64,000 bases of DNA from Eledone cirrhosa (GCA_964016885.1 CAXHJY010001152.1:62001-126000), one strand, 5' to 3'; shown: positions 31,957 to 48,134, counted from the stretch's first letter. Program-made: numbers and translations. The notes: generated by a model from the sequence alone, not told the origin.

Positions 31957-32180
31957 CGTGTGGTATCTATATCTGTATATATATATATATATATACACAG
32001 ACATACACAAACACACACCATACACGTACATACATAAACACACACACATATGTATGTGTGTATGTAAGATATGAACACATATGAACACTTATACACATAT
32101 TTATGCTTATATAAATATATACAGATGTACAAACATACTTATATACATATATAAATAAATATGTATACACACACAAACAC

Positions 32181-32215
<35 letters not shown>

Positions 32216-32379
32216 TATATTATGTGTATACAGGCGCAGTATGTATGTAATCTCCTATTAGTAACGCCTCAGTTATGCGAGTCGTCACTTATGACATAAA
32301 TTCTCTGACCCAAGACGGGAAACAAATTAGCTAGCAACGGATTTAATCAGCATTATACAGAAAGCTACACGTGTTTGTG

Positions 32380-32855
32380 TGCTTAAGGGGTTCGTTTTTC
32401 AACCTCGAGGCCACGGGTTCAGTCCAGCTGTGCGTAACTTAGGGCAGGTGTTTTCATCTGTCTAAAGTGTGTATCGAGGCCCGGAGATCATTAGAACGGT
32501 GATTATCCCGGTTTCCTAGGAGGGACGCAACTGAGAGTACACGACAAGGGTCCCCCCTGGTTAGGACGCCAGTCCATCGCAGTGTTAAAATCTTTCTGGA
32601 GCCAGAATGCTTCTCAGGCCATTGCTTATCCGGGTTTTTCTGTAGCCTGAAACGCCAGTCCATCGCATTGTTAAAGACTTTCTCGAGTCCAGACACTTTT
32701 CAGGCCGAGGCTTATCATGGTTTTCGTGGCAGGAATCGACTGAGAGTAGAAGAGACTCACTCCCTGGCTAGGACGCCAGGCCATTGCAGTATTAAACCCC
32801 AAGCTATTGCTGGTACTCATTATACGCGCGGTGTGAAGCGACTGAGAGTAGACCA
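32380..32855 (+). mobile_element. Degenerate SINE-like element with internal tandem repeats of gacgccagtccatcgcag and gactgagagta
   Basis: tRNA-like head (gggttcagtcc). Three copies of acgccagKccatYgca at ~32566, 32652 and 32774. Confidence 0.5.
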
Positions 32856-32958
32856 CAAACTGATATTAATATATTTTTTTTATTGCAGCTTTATTTCTGT
32901 TCACCTTTTACACACACAGACACGCACCCACATATATATATATATATATGTACATATA

Positions 32959-33059
<101 letters not shown>

Positions 33060-33194
33060 CAGCTGTTCACGTAATGATTGTCACATGGAATGAAAATTCT
33101 AAGTTTTATCTATACTTCATTGAAAGAGAAAATCACCTCTCGCTTTAACTCTCTCTCTATCTATTTATCTATCTATCTATCTCTATATCAGCCT

Positions 33195-33440
33195 GTAGGT
33201 TGAGGAAAAGGAGGAGGAGAGGAAAGGAGTACAAGCTCTTCGTACTCCTGGAGATGAGGGTTGCACATTTTTTTTCGGGGGTATGTGTTACCCATATAAA
33301 CTGTCTCCCTCTATTGGGGAAAATCGACTAACTTTTAAATTCCATCTGTGATAACATTTTACACGTTTTTATTGTATGTAAACTTCCCCCTTTGTATTTG
33401 TCCCCTTCTTTTGTGCCCCTGTGGCTAATAAAGAAATATA
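33195..33440 (+). mobile_element. Probable LINE 3' UTR fragment ending aataaagaaata plus simple-repeat tail
   Basis: Pyrimidine-rich tgtaaacttccccctttgtatttgtcccc...aataaagaaat terminus followed by (ATCT)n. Confidence 0.35.
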
Positions 33441-33579
33441 TCTATCTCTATCGATGTATTTATTAACGCTCTCCCTCTCTCTCTATCCACTATCCCTCTA
33501 TTTATCTATCTCTCCATCTATCCATCCATATATCTATATCTATCCATCTATCTTCCTCTCTATCTCTCTCTCTATCTCC

Positions 33580-33658
<79 letters not shown>

Positions 33659-33989
33659 TATATATACAGGTGTGTATGTATGTCTGTGAGTGTATGTGTG
33701 TTTGTGTGTGTATGAATGAGAGTGTAAGTGTGTCCATCAAAGAAGTAAAACGGCCCCCCACAAAATATCTGCGATACTGGCGGGAAATTTAACAATGGCG
33801 TGAATTTGTGGACACAATTGAATTGGCGAGTGAAATGTCTGCTCCGCTGATTCTGTCGTTCCTGCGAGCTAACTGGGTTTCATTCATTTAGGAATGAAAG
33901 AAAGAAAAGAAACAAAGAATTCAAGGAGAAAGATTTTTTAAAAGTTATACAAGATGGTAATTGAAATATATATATATATATATACAGAC

Positions 33990-34060
<71 letters not shown>

Positions 34061-34078
34061 TATACAAGATGGTAATTG

Positions 34079-34127
<49 letters not shown>

Positions 34128-34159
34128 TAAGTAGATAGATAGGTGAAAACACATATATA

Positions 34160-34239
<80 letters not shown>

Positions 34240-34266
34240 AAATATATATATATATAAATATATATA

Positions 34267-34333
<67 letters not shown>

Positions 34334-34410
34334 AAATAAATATATATATATATAAATATATATATTTATATATTTATATATATATATATATATATAAATA
34401 TATGTATAAA

Positions 34411-34461
<51 letters not shown>

Positions 34462-35245
34462 TTTATAATATAATATATACAGACACAGATAAATAGATAG
34501 TTAAACCACACATGCACATATACATACCACCACACACAAACACATACATATATGTATGTGCATATACACACACACATAGACATTAATATATATATATATA
34601 TATATATATATGTTATATAGACTGTTTTTGTAGACGTTATTTGTTGTATTTGAATTTGTACATGTAACGCCAGTGGGGGGCAGATTTCCTGTGACGCTCT
34701 ATTACATACATAATTATCTCCCCCTTGTCAACCTCAACTAGCAACAGCGAGATGTCGCTAGCGGTCAGGAGTGCTCCCTGTAAATCGAGTTATGGTATTA
34801 AGACGAACAACACCAGACGTCGCCACCATCAACCCTCAACCATCCCCGCCATTTTCTTTCTCGTCTCTTTTCTCTGCTTCTTGTTGTTTTCTTCTTCTTC
34901 TTCTTCTTCTTTTTCTTCTTCTCGTCTCCTCCACCTCCTTCATCCACCACCTTCCCCTTCATTTCCGCAACTCCTCACCGTACCTCAGTCCTACGGAGAG
35001 ATGTGCTGCGGCGCTGACGATGGAGGTAACGGCCCAGTCACAACAAGAGTAGCTGTGGCTAAGTCTATTATGTTTCAACCCCACACCAACCCCAGGTCCA
35101 CAGATGCACTTAAGAAGGAATTAACCAGTCTTCCTTAGCATTCAGTCACCCATACAATCAACCCTTCTACCACCTCACTTGAATAACTAATTTGGCTCCT
35201 GCTTTTAGCTGAACAGACTGATTATATATATATCTATAATATGTG

Positions 35246-35351
<106 letters not shown>

Positions 35352-35356
35352 GTATA

Positions 35357-35420
<64 letters not shown>

Positions 35421-35426
35421 TGTATA

Positions 35427-35478
<52 letters not shown>

Positions 35479-35522
35479 ATGCATCTATATGTGTATATAT
35501 ATATATATATATATGTGTGTGC

Positions 35523-35563
<41 letters not shown>

Positions 35564-35587
35564 TATACATATATACATATATGTATA

Positions 35588-35656
<69 letters not shown>

Positions 35657-35661
35657 GTATA

Positions 35662-35747
<86 letters not shown>

Positions 35748-35854
35748 CACATATAGATGCATATATATATACATATATATATACACACACACATATATAT
35801 ATACTTATATATACATATATACAAATATATACACACACAAACATACATACATAA

Positions 35855-35893
<39 letters not shown>

Positions 35894-36369
35894 AAAGCTA
35901 TAATTTGCTTTGACTAGATGGCTGATGAGAAGAAGGTGTTCTTGAGGGGTTTTATATATTTGTTTAGTTTCTGTTGTTGTTATTGTTGTTTATTTGTTTG
36001 CTAAAAAGGGGCCTGATTTATTTGTTTATTATTTATTTTGTCTTTTAAAGTCCTACATTATATTTTGTTGCCGCCAGACGACGCAGCCATTTTGCTGTTA
36101 TTTAAGATTTACGTTGCGTGCTTGGTATTGTTGTTGCTGTTGGTGTTGTTGTGGCTGTTGATGTTGTTGATGATGTTGTTCTGTGTGTTGTCGCTTGTCG
36201 TATTGATATAGAAGATATTGTTCGTGGGGGTGGTGATAGTGGTGGTAGTGGTGTTGGTGGTATTGGTGGTATTGCTAGTGGTGGTGTTGGTGGTGTTGGT
36301 GGTACTGGTGGTGGGGTTTGTGGTAAAGATGGTTCTATCTTCTTATTTACCTATCATATATTAAAATAT

Positions 36370-36404
<35 letters not shown>

Positions 36405-36455
36405 GCTACAGATACAGACATATAAGTATACTTATATAAAATATAATATAATATA

Positions 36456-36584
36456 ATTGTTTCTACTTTAGGCACAAGGCCAGCAATTACCCAGTGCATT
36501 ACTGGTACTTTATTTTATCAACCCCGTAAGGATGAAAGGCAAAGTCAACCCCGGCGGGATTTGAACTCAGATCGTAAAGGGACG

Positions 36585-36590
<6 letters not shown>
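36456..36590 (-). mobile_element. S1 SINE, 5' truncated at (TA)n; other partial copies at ~6075-6170, ~17530-17595, 28036-28125 and a tandem of 3' segments at ~62005-62300
   Basis: Reverse complement of the S1 body. Confidence 0.8.
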
Positions 36591-36652
<62 letters not shown>

Positions 36653-37214
36653 GTGTAAGCGTAAATAAATACTTGTGGGTGGAGAGAACATTTTATTTTC
36701 GTAGTGACTTCGAAGTTTCAGCTTACTAGTTTCATTTGCCAAACATATGAAGCAACTAAGCTGATAAATCGAAGTCACAACCATCGCTCTCTCTCTTTCT
36801 CTCTTTCTCTCTATGTCTCACTTTCTGCCTCTCGGTGTCTCTCCATCTCTCCCCTCTCTCTCTCTCTAACCTTCTGTCCCTCTCTCCTTCTATCTCTCTG
36901 GGGAGTTGATATTATTGATATACAATATACATAAGTTAGAGAAACATGATTATATTTTGCGTATACAGATGGATATATCAATTTTGCTCCGTACATCTCT
37001 ATCTACTTGTTGAATAAAAATGTATGTTCGTTCGCCAAAATCTCTGTGTAAGTCTCGTTCAATCTCGTCAGAGTTAATATGGTGATTGACATGAGAAAAT
37101 TATTAATATAGAAAATGGTTTCCAAAAGAATTATTGTTGCACTTATTGAAACATATTCCGTGTTTCAGTCGCCATTGAAAAGAACAGAGAGAGAAAGCTT
37201 TTACTGAAATTGCG

Positions 37215-37278
<64 letters not shown>

Positions 37279-37321
37279 TAATGTATACATATATATACAT
37301 ATATATATATATATATAATGT

Positions 37322-37382
<61 letters not shown>

Positions 37383-37453
37383 AATACACATATATATATA
37401 TATATATAAATACATATATATATATATATAAATACATATATATATATATATAA

Positions 37454-37512
<59 letters not shown>

Positions 37513-37678
37513 AATACACATATATATATATATATAAATACATATATATATATATATATAAATACATATATATATATAAATACATATATATATATATATA
37601 TAAATACATATATATATATATATAAATACATATATATATATATATAAATACATATATATATATATATATAAATACATA

Positions 37679-37716
<38 letters not shown>

Positions 37717-37721
37717 AATAC

Positions 37722-37760
<39 letters not shown>

Positions 37761-37765
37761 AATAC

Positions 37766-37796
<31 letters not shown>

Positions 37797-37819
37797 AATA
37801 CATATATATATATATATAA

Positions 37820-37922
<103 letters not shown>

Positions 37923-37977
37923 CATATATATATATATATATATATAAATACATATATATATATATATATATATATAA

Positions 37978-38012
<35 letters not shown>

Positions 38013-38018
38013 CATATA

Positions 38019-38064
<46 letters not shown>

Positions 38065-38068
38065 CGCA

Positions 38069-38104
<36 letters not shown>

Positions 38105-38200
38105 TATATTTGATATAATGTATATACAGAAAAATATCTAAAAATCATACATGATTACAATTTATATATTGACACAAACACACACACACAAATATATATA

Positions 38201-38250
<50 letters not shown>

Positions 38251-38350
38251 TAGATAGATAGAGATAGAGAAAGAGAGAGAGGGAGATAGGGGGGGGGGGA
38301 GAAAGAGAGAGAAATACAAACAGATGAATTCATATATATATATATAATAT

Positions 38351-38387
<37 letters not shown>

Positions 38388-38654
38388 GATATTATATATA
38401 TATAATATCATATATAATTATATATGATTATATATAAATATATAAATAATTATATAAGATTTAATATGCCTATATTGTGCATATATATACAGGAACATGC
38501 ACACTGGAATACAGACGTGTATATATAGTCTTTATTTACTACCATCTCAGAATCTTTATATACTATTTTTAGTGCACAAAGTCCACTGAGACTTAGACTA
38601 ATCAATGTCACATTTTATACATATATATATATATACATACATACATACATGCAT

Positions 38655-38746
<92 letters not shown>

Positions 38747-38865
38747 TATATGTGTGTAGCTATACTTATATATAGATATATCTATATATGTATGAATTTA
38801 ATTTACTTGAAGTAGATTAACTTATCTTCGTGTAATGCAAATCTCGACTTCTGTATACATCGGAG

Positions 38866-38917
<52 letters not shown>

Positions 38918-38946
38918 TATTTATATATATACATATATATCTATAT

Positions 38947-39021
<75 letters not shown>

Positions 39022-39092
39022 CATTTATATATGGTGGCAGCCAACTCGTTTTCGACTTTATATATATATTTACACACACATATATTTATATA

Positions 39093-39148
<56 letters not shown>

Positions 39149-39167
39149 CAGACATATACACCACCAG

Positions 39168-39363
<196 letters not shown>

Positions 39364-39450
39364 AGAAAATAGACAGATAAGTTTAAGTTCCATTTTGTGG
39401 CTTCACAAATTACATCAGAGCGTTTCACATTTCCAGTCTTCAGTCTAAAG

Positions 39451-39499
<49 letters not shown>

Positions 39500-39621
39500 T
39501 GAGTATGAAGGATTGACGTCTGAAGTTATACAACTCAAGTGCTTAAGAAACAAATTATTTTCAAATAACTACGGAAACTCGAAACCGTGCCTCACACTTC
39601 ATGTATATCCCTATATTTACG

Positions 39622-39724
<103 letters not shown>

Positions 39725-39740
39725 ATATATATTTACGCAC

Positions 39741-39775
<35 letters not shown>

Positions 39776-39940
39776 AATATATATAGGTATATATATATAT
39801 ATATATATATATATGTAAATATATATATATGTAAATATATATAGGTATATATATATATATATATATATAAATATATATATAACAGTTTAACATATATGCC
39901 CCTATATACATTTTAACACATAGGCCTATATATATATAAA

Positions 39941-40028
<88 letters not shown>

Positions 40029-40112
40029 AAAGAATATATGTACATATATACATATATATATATATATAAAAAGTATATATATATATATATACATATAAAT
40101 TAATATATGTAC

Positions 40113-40199
<87 letters not shown>

Positions 40200-40379
40200 C
40201 GTAGCTATAATTTAACCACCATCCACGAAATACACCCACACATATTTATATATGAGGATTTTTTTGTAATTTTCCTACACAGCCATAACTTCTATATGTA
40301 CACTTGAATAATACACATGAAATTAACACGAAAAAGCTTTTTGTGATGAACCCCTACCCTTTCTCTCACTACTACCTCT

Positions 40380-40470
40380 CTAGTAATACTAGCAGTAGTT
40401 GTAGTAGTAATCTTAATAGTAGTAGTATTAACAGTACCAGGAGTAGTAGTAGAAGCAGCAATAGTTGTAA

Positions 40471-40536
<66 letters not shown>

Positions 40537-40674
40537 CAGCAGCAGTAGTAGTAGTAATAGTAGTAGTAACAGAAGTAGTAGCAGTAGTAGTAGTAGTGGT
40601 AGTAGTAACATAAGTAGCAGCAGCAGTAGCAATAGTAGTAGTAGTAGTAGTAGTAGCAGTAGTAGCAGAAGTAA

Positions 40675-40708
<34 letters not shown>

Positions 40709-41118
40709 TGTTGTAATATTAGTAGCAGTAGTAGCAGTAGCAGTAGCAGCAGCAGCTGTAGTAGTAGCAGTAGTAATATTAGTAGCAGTAGTAGCAGCAG
40801 TAGCAGTAACAGTAGTAATATTAGCAGCAGTAGTAGCAGCAGCAGCAGCTGTAGTAACAGTAGTAATATTAGCAGCAGTAGCAGCAGCAGCAGCAGCAAT
40901 AGTAACAGCAACAACAGCATCATCACCACCATCACCACCAGTAACAACAACAACAGCAGCAGCAGTAACAACAACAACAACAGCAGCAGTAGTAACAACA
41001 ACAACAACAGCAGCAGTAGCAACAACAACAACAACAACAACATCAGCAGCAGCAACAACAACAACAACAACAGCAGCAGCAGCAGCAGCAACAACAACAA
41101 CAGCAACAGCAACAGTAG
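40380..41118. repeat. Graded trinucleotide array (AGT)n to (AGC)n to (AAC)n next to a FAS1 exon donor
   Basis: Seen directly. It produces the spurious poly-S and poly-L ORFs. Confidence 0.9.
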
Positions 41119-41146
41119 CTATGAAATAACGCCAAAAAGTTCCTAC

Positions 41147-41291
41147 CTCGTTTCTGGAAGTGACTGTATTTTCTGCATGATATTTTGATATGTGTAATAG
41201 AGAAGATTGTCTATAATATGTATTACACCATTTGCAATGGGAATATTGGCCAAGATGATTTCCGCTCTCACTTTATTATTCGACACATATA
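41147..41291 (-). CDS. FAS1-repeat protein, exon type C (145 nt, phase 1 to 2): (I)[47 protein letters not shown]
   Basis: Acceptor tatttacag|, donor |gtagga. Contains the FAS1 H2 motif [16 protein letters not shown]. Confidence 0.93.
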
Positions 41292-41412
41292 CTGTAAATA
41301 ATAATAGAAGGAAATTTAACATTATGTGTATATATATGTGTATATATGTATAGGTATATATATATGTGTATGTATATGTATATATATATATATGTGTATG
41401 TATATGTATATG

Positions 41413-41444
<32 letters not shown>

Positions 41445-41484
41445 TGTGTGTGTATGTATATATATATGTGTGTGTATGTATATG

Positions 41485-41537
<53 letters not shown>

Positions 41538-41634
41538 GTATATGCACATGTATTTATATATATATATATATGTATATATGTATATATATATGTATTTGTA
41601 TATATATATATATATATAGATAGATGTATTAGTA

Positions 41635-41670
<36 letters not shown>

Positions 41671-41704
41671 TGTATGTGTATATATATGTATGTGTATGTA
41701 TATG

Positions 41705-41741
<37 letters not shown>

Positions 41742-41758
41742 GTATATGTACATGTATT

Positions 41759-41795
<37 letters not shown>

Positions 41796-41808
41796 ATATA
41801 TATGTATT

Positions 41809-41867
<59 letters not shown>

Positions 41868-42049
41868 AGATATATATAAACATATGTAGATATTATATAT
41901 GCATATGTTTATGTATATATACATATATATATATACACTTATATATATATATGGATATTATCCAACTACCTCTCTCTATATATATATGTATGTGCTGATA
42001 TTATCAATCCATCTATATATTTATAAATATATACATAGATATGTAATTG

Positions 42050-42109
<60 letters not shown>

Positions 42110-42971
42110 AACAGAGAAAGAGATAGAGAACAAAGAGAGAGGGAGGGAGATGCAGACAGATTAAGAAAAATTCAATGGAGAGACAAAATAAAAAATATAT
42201 ATAATATATATAATGAAAATATTGAAGAATAATGTAAAAGTACAAAAACACTATCAAACATTTGAAAGCAAAAAATGAAGGAAACCATATCATTAAAAGA
42301 AAAAAAAATGGCGCTCATAAAACATGTTTTAGCGCTCTGACTATGTAGATAAATTGAATAACTGTATAAATATATGATTGTGCGAATGAATAGATGGAGA
42401 GATAAATATGCATGCATGGATATATATGTGTGTGTATATATGTATGTATGCATGTGTATATATATATATAGAGAGAGATATATAGATATATAGATATATA
42501 AAATATTATTTATAAATATATATATGTCTGTATATGTTTATATATTTACATATATATATATGTATATGTTTATATATATAAACACACACATATATACACA
42601 TACATATATGTATATATATATACATATTCATTTTTTCTTTTATTTCGTGAAATTCAATATGTCAGGTTTCACGGAATCAGTGGATGTTTATGTATTTTAC
42701 ATTCTCTTTGTTTTTATGTTCTTTATTTTATTATCTTTGTCTTCATGTCGTTGTTATTATTGTTGTCGTAGTTTTCATGGATATCTATAATATTGTCATT
42801 ATTGTGGAAGTTAACCTGTGTGTGTCTATGGTTATTCTTAATAAGTCCCGTGTGTAGGGATTGAGGAAGGGTTTATTTCAGAACCTTTTACTATAGGGAC
42901 AGATATTTCAACTGGTTAAAGGGACTCCTATTCTACATAATCAATGTAATCTGACATATATATATATACAC

Positions 42972-43051
<80 letters not shown>

Positions 43052-43159
43052 GGAACCACTGGCAGTCCTAGATGGCAGTCCTCGCTACTGAAACCCTTTC
43101 AATTCTGATGTTTTTGTTCATTGTTGCCACTATTTGGTTTTCTACAATCGATATTTAAA

Positions 43160-43522
43160 CTGGCAGTATCGGTAGAGGGTCTGACGCCATGCTTCACAGC
43201 AAAGAGTTACATCTCTTTATGGTCTGAGTTCAAATCCCACCGAGGTTAACTTTGCCTTTTGTAGAGGGTCGGACATGCTTTCTAGCATAGTTACGTCTCT
43301 TTATGATCTGATTTCAAATCCTGCCGAGGTTAACTTTGCCTTTCATCCTTACGGGGTCGATAAAATAAAGTACCAGTAATGTACTTTTCCGATGGAATTA
43401 CTTCATTCATACATATATATATACATATATATATATATATAAATCAGGAAAGAAGATTGACATGGTTTGCTATACAAAAAAGGTTTTTAATCTCATTGCT
43501 GACAATTGTTTCTCTGAACTGG

Positions 43523-43561
<39 letters not shown>

Positions 43562-44570
43562 CTTATTTATTCGATACATAAATGTCTCATTACGACATTT
43601 TTAATACTTTATTTTATCGACCCTGTAAGGATGAAAGACAAAGTTTACCTCGCGTGATTTGAACTCAGAATGGCAAGGGCCATAACTCTATGCTGCAAAG
43701 CATGTGTGTCCGACCCTCTACCGATTCTGCCAATCCAATGAATTAAGGAGATAATGTCAATAATAACAACAACAACAATAATAATAGCTATAACAACAAC
43801 AACAGCAGCAAAAACAACAACAACCAGAATAATCATTATGATAATAATATAAGCGATGCTGATGATGAAAATGAGGAAGCTGTCATTTTATTTTATTTTA
43901 TTTTATTTTATTTTAATATATTTTATTTTATTTTATCTAATTTTTATTGTTATTGTATTCTTTGTTAAAATGATGATTCATAATATCTTCTGCTGTTATT
44001 GCTGCTACGACACGTGACACGTGACACGTGATATGTGACAATGAATAACGAATATGAATTAATAAGACTTAATATGTCTTAATATGGTAGTTGTCATAAT
44101 CCTGCCAGTAGTGGTTCTTCATCTCATATGAGATGGATGCTTATAAATTAATTCTTCTTCTTTTATTATTATTGGTATATTGAGGGCAATAAATTGCCAG
44201 TATCGGTAGAGGGTTGGACGCCATGCTTTCTAGCATAGTTACGTCCCTTTTCAGACTGAATTCAAATCCCGTCGTGGTTAGCTTTGCTTTTCATCCTTAC
44301 AGGGGTCGATAAAATGAATTACCAGTAATGTACTTGTGTCGATTTAATCGACTTTCCCTTCTCCCAATCATTAAAGCACGTACCGGTGGATTGGCAGTAT
44401 TGGTAGAGAGTCGGACGCCACGCTTTGACGCATAGAGTTACGGCCCTTGTCATTCTGAGTTCAAATCCCGACGAGGTTAACTTTGCCTTTCATCCTTACG
44501 GGGTCGATAAAATAAAGTACCAGTAATGCACTGGATAATTGCTGGCCTTGTGCCAAACGTAGAAACAATT
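43160..44570. mobile_element. Cluster of S1 SINEs: + at ~43160-43385 (double head), - at ~43605-43738, + at ~44195-44365 and 44385-44570
   Basis: A box tggcagtatcgg, B box gagttcaaatcc and a shared body. Confidence 0.85.
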
Positions 44571-44949
44571 ATTTACCATGGTATTTAAATATTATTGGAG
44601 GGTTGTGTTTAGGGCTTAGGTGAGGACTATTTCCATCTGCTCTATTTCTTCTGACCCTACATTTAGTAAACAGCAGTAAATAATCTAACAGTTCCTACAA
44701 GAAGGGGGGGGGGGATGTCCAGTGATATAATTATGACCAATAAACCAACCAATGGCTTCCAGTTGAACAAATTAAAATTTCCATACAAAAGAGGTTTTCA
44801 CGAATCTGAGAACTGTTTAACAAAGTTTAAATGCAGTATTGTTGTTGTTGTTGGTGGTGGTGTAATTGGTGTTGTTGTTGTTGGTGGTGGTGTAATTGGT
44901 GGTGTTGTTGGTGGTGGTGACGGTGGTGATGGTAGTGGTGTAATTGGTG

Positions 44950-44981
<32 letters not shown>

Positions 44982-45177
44982 GTAATTGGTGTTGTTGTTG
45001 TTGTTATATTAGTGGTGGTGGTGTAATTGGCGTTGGTGTTGTTGTTGTTGTTGTTGGTGGTGTTGTTACCATTGTTGGTGGTGCTGGTGCCATTGGTGAT
45101 GTTGTTGTGGCTGTAGTTTTATTGTTGTTGTTGTTGTTGTAGTTGTTGATTTTAGTTAAAACAAAATCTTCACTTAC

Positions 45178-45292
45178 TCTTCTCCCCTGCTCTAGTAAAT
45201 TTCAATTTGCCTTCCATGGGTAACAAGGAATGCATTTTTCCATAGGTGGGCAAGAAGTACACATCCCCCAATATGATGTGGGCTCTGAAAAC
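45178..45292 (-). CDS. FAS1 (fasciclin)-repeat protein, internal exon type B (115 nt, phase 0 to 1): VFRAHIILGDVYFLPTYGKMHSLLPMEGKLKFTRAGEK
   Basis: Acceptor tcttgtag| and donor |gtaagt on the minus strand. FAS1 'YH'-like motif (RAHII). Splices in frame to exon 41291-41147. Not in the ORF track. Confidence 0.85.
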
Positions 45293-45399
45293 CTACAAGA
45301 GAACAAACAAACAAAAAATACGTATATATATATATATATATTAAAAAAAACAACATAACTTGCAAATATAATAAACTATGAGAAGAAAAAGATGACGAC

Positions 45400-45830
45400 G
45401 ATGATGATGATGATTAGGAGGAAGGGGTGAAGGAGTGGGAGGATGAGGCGGAGAATAAGGAGAAGGAGGAGAAGAAGAAGGAGAGGGAGAAGGAGGGGGA
45501 AGGAGGAGGGGAAGGTGGAGGTGGACGAGGAGGACGATGATGATGATGATTAGGAGGAAGGGGTGAAGGAGTGGGAGGATGAGACGGAGAAGAAGGAGAA
45601 GGAGGAGAAGAAGAAGGAGAGGGAGAAGGAGGGGGAAGGAGGAGGAGGGGAAGGAGGAGGTGGACGAGGAGGACGATGATGATGATTAGGAGGAAGGGGT
45701 GAAGAAGGAGTGGGAGGATGAGACGGAGAAGAAGGAGAAGGAGGAGAAGAAGAATGAGGGGGAGAAGGAGGAGGAGAAGAAGGAGGTGGACGAGGAGGAC
45801 GAGGAGGACGAGGAGGGGGGGGAGAGAGAA
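45400..45830. repeat. Purine-rich tandem repeat (~135-140-bp unit starting gatgattaggaggaaggggtgaagga), ~3 copies
   Basis: Unit start recurs at ~45410, 45545 and 45681. Confidence 0.8.
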
Positions 45831-45875
45831 TAATGAAGACGTTTACTGTTTTTTTGTGCCCTTGTGTCATTATTT

Positions 45876-46820
45876 GGTGGATTGGCAGTATCGGTAGAGG
45901 GTCGGACGCCATGCTTTCCAGCATAGTTACGTCCCTTTACGATCTGAGTTCAAATCCCGCCGAGGTTGCCTTCGCCTTTCATCCTTACGGGGTCGATAAA
46001 ATAAAGTACCAGTAATGCACTGGGTAATTGCTGGCCTTGTGCCTAAAGTATAAACAATTATTTGGATGACAAGTGATTGTAAAATGTTAGTATTGTCAAA
46101 TTCAAATCTTGCCTCAGGTGTCAGGTTGACACTCCGTCATGATTTGGGAAAGAAGCAGAATTCAAAGGATGTTTCAAATAATAATGATAATAATAATTGT
46201 TTCTACTTTTGGCACAAGGCCAGCAATTACCCCAGTACATTACCGGTACTTTATTTTATCGACCCTGTAAGAATGAAAGGCAAAGTTAACCTCAGCGGGA
46301 TTTGAACCCAGACCATAAAATACCGTAACTCTTTGCTGCAAAGCATGGCATCCGGCCCTCTACCGATAGTGCCAGTCCATCGCCAATAATAATAATGACG
46401 ATAATGGTTTCTTATATAGGCACAAGGCCAGCAATTTTGGGGGAGGGTAGTGCCGATTAAATCGACCCCAGTGCGTGACTGGTACTTTATTTTATCGACC
46501 CCGTAAGGACGAGCTCCGAGTAACTTAGATACAAGAGCAAGTTTTGGCAGAGGGGGAATTCAATCAAAATCAACCCCAGTGTGTTACTGGTACTTTATTT
46601 TATCGACCCCGTAAGGACGAGCTCCGAGTAACTTAGATACAAGAGCAAGTTTTGGCAGAGGAGGAATTCAATCAAAATCAACCCCAGTGTGTTACTGGTA
46701 CTTTATTTTAAGGACCCAGGAAGTATGAAAGCGAAAGCTAACACCGACGGTATTTGAAACCACACAGTAAAGAGCCATAAAGCTATGACATAAAGCATGT
46801 TGGTCGACGCTCTACCGATA
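45876..46820. mobile_element. Cluster of S1 SINEs: + at 45876-46058, - at 46195-46384, and tandem minus-strand pieces at ~46405-46820 (including a ~110-bp direct duplication)
   Basis: Direct sequence match to the S1 consensus in both orientations. Confidence 0.85.
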
Positions 46821-46835
46821 ATTAGCAATGCCCGG

Positions 46836-46878
46836 CCCTCTGATGAGCTCATAATGAAGTCGAAACATGTCTGGAGGT
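46836..46878 (+). ncRNA. Minimal hammerhead-like motif, stems I and II degraded
   Basis: CTGATGA gctcataatgaagtc GAAA catg TC. Palindromic stem III ACATGT plus GUC. Confidence 0.55.
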
Positions 46879-47056
46879 GACTCAACAGATGTGGTAATAT
46901 AATTAGACCAATAGAAGGTAGGGTTGGTCGTGGATGGTGAGGTTTGTCTATCTCTTTTACTATGAATCACAAACACACCTTATAACTTCGTTTCAATGCA
47001 TATCTCGTTTGTTTGTCATTTTGCATAAAATAAAATATATACATACACACACACAC

Positions 47057-47126
<70 letters not shown>

Positions 47127-47214
47127 ATATTTATATATGAATAAATGTATATATATATATATATTTATATATGAATAAATATATATATATATTTATATAT
47201 ATATATAAATAAAT

Positions 47215-47246
<32 letters not shown>

Positions 47247-47417
47247 TTATATATAAATATATATTTATATATAAATATATATATATATATAAATAGATAT
47301 ATATTTATATATATAAATAGATATATAGTTATATATAAATAAATGTATATATATATACATATATATATATATATTTATATATAAATAAATGTATATATAT
47401 TTATATATAAATAAATG

Positions 47418-47450
<33 letters not shown>

Positions 47451-47561
47451 TTATATATAAATAAATGTATATATATATATATATAAATAAATGTATATAT
47501 ATATACATATATATATATTTATATATAAATAAATGTATATATATATATATATAAATAAATG

Positions 47562-47592
<31 letters not shown>

Positions 47593-47742
47593 TTATATAT
47601 AATTAAATGTATATATATATATATATATATAATTGAAGTGAATCTGGAATTTAACAGAAAAATTAATCTTGCAATAAAAAAAAAAAAATTCATAACAGAG
47701 GCCGTATATGGCGTCACAATGAATTAATTACCTTCTATATAC

Positions 47743-47777
<35 letters not shown>

Positions 47778-47783
47778 CATATT

Positions 47784-47852
<69 letters not shown>

Positions 47853-47962
47853 TTATATATATAGATATATCGGGACACACAATTATATTTCTCTCTCTCT
47901 GAATCTATCTATCTAAAGAAGCATATACATACATACATACATACATACACACACATATATAT

Positions 47963-48028
<66 letters not shown>

Positions 48029-48099
48029 TGTCCCAACAATAAAGACACATATTCATTAAAATGGTGTAGAAGTGTGTCTACATTTTTGGGGAGACACCT

Positions 48100-48134
<35 letters not shown>

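Noticed and set aside
34650-35220. Relatively GC-rich unique stretch with ORFs 34725-35138 and 34771-35052
   Set aside because: No recognisable domain or convincing splice pair. It could be a regulatory element or retroelement UTR, but this is unsupported.
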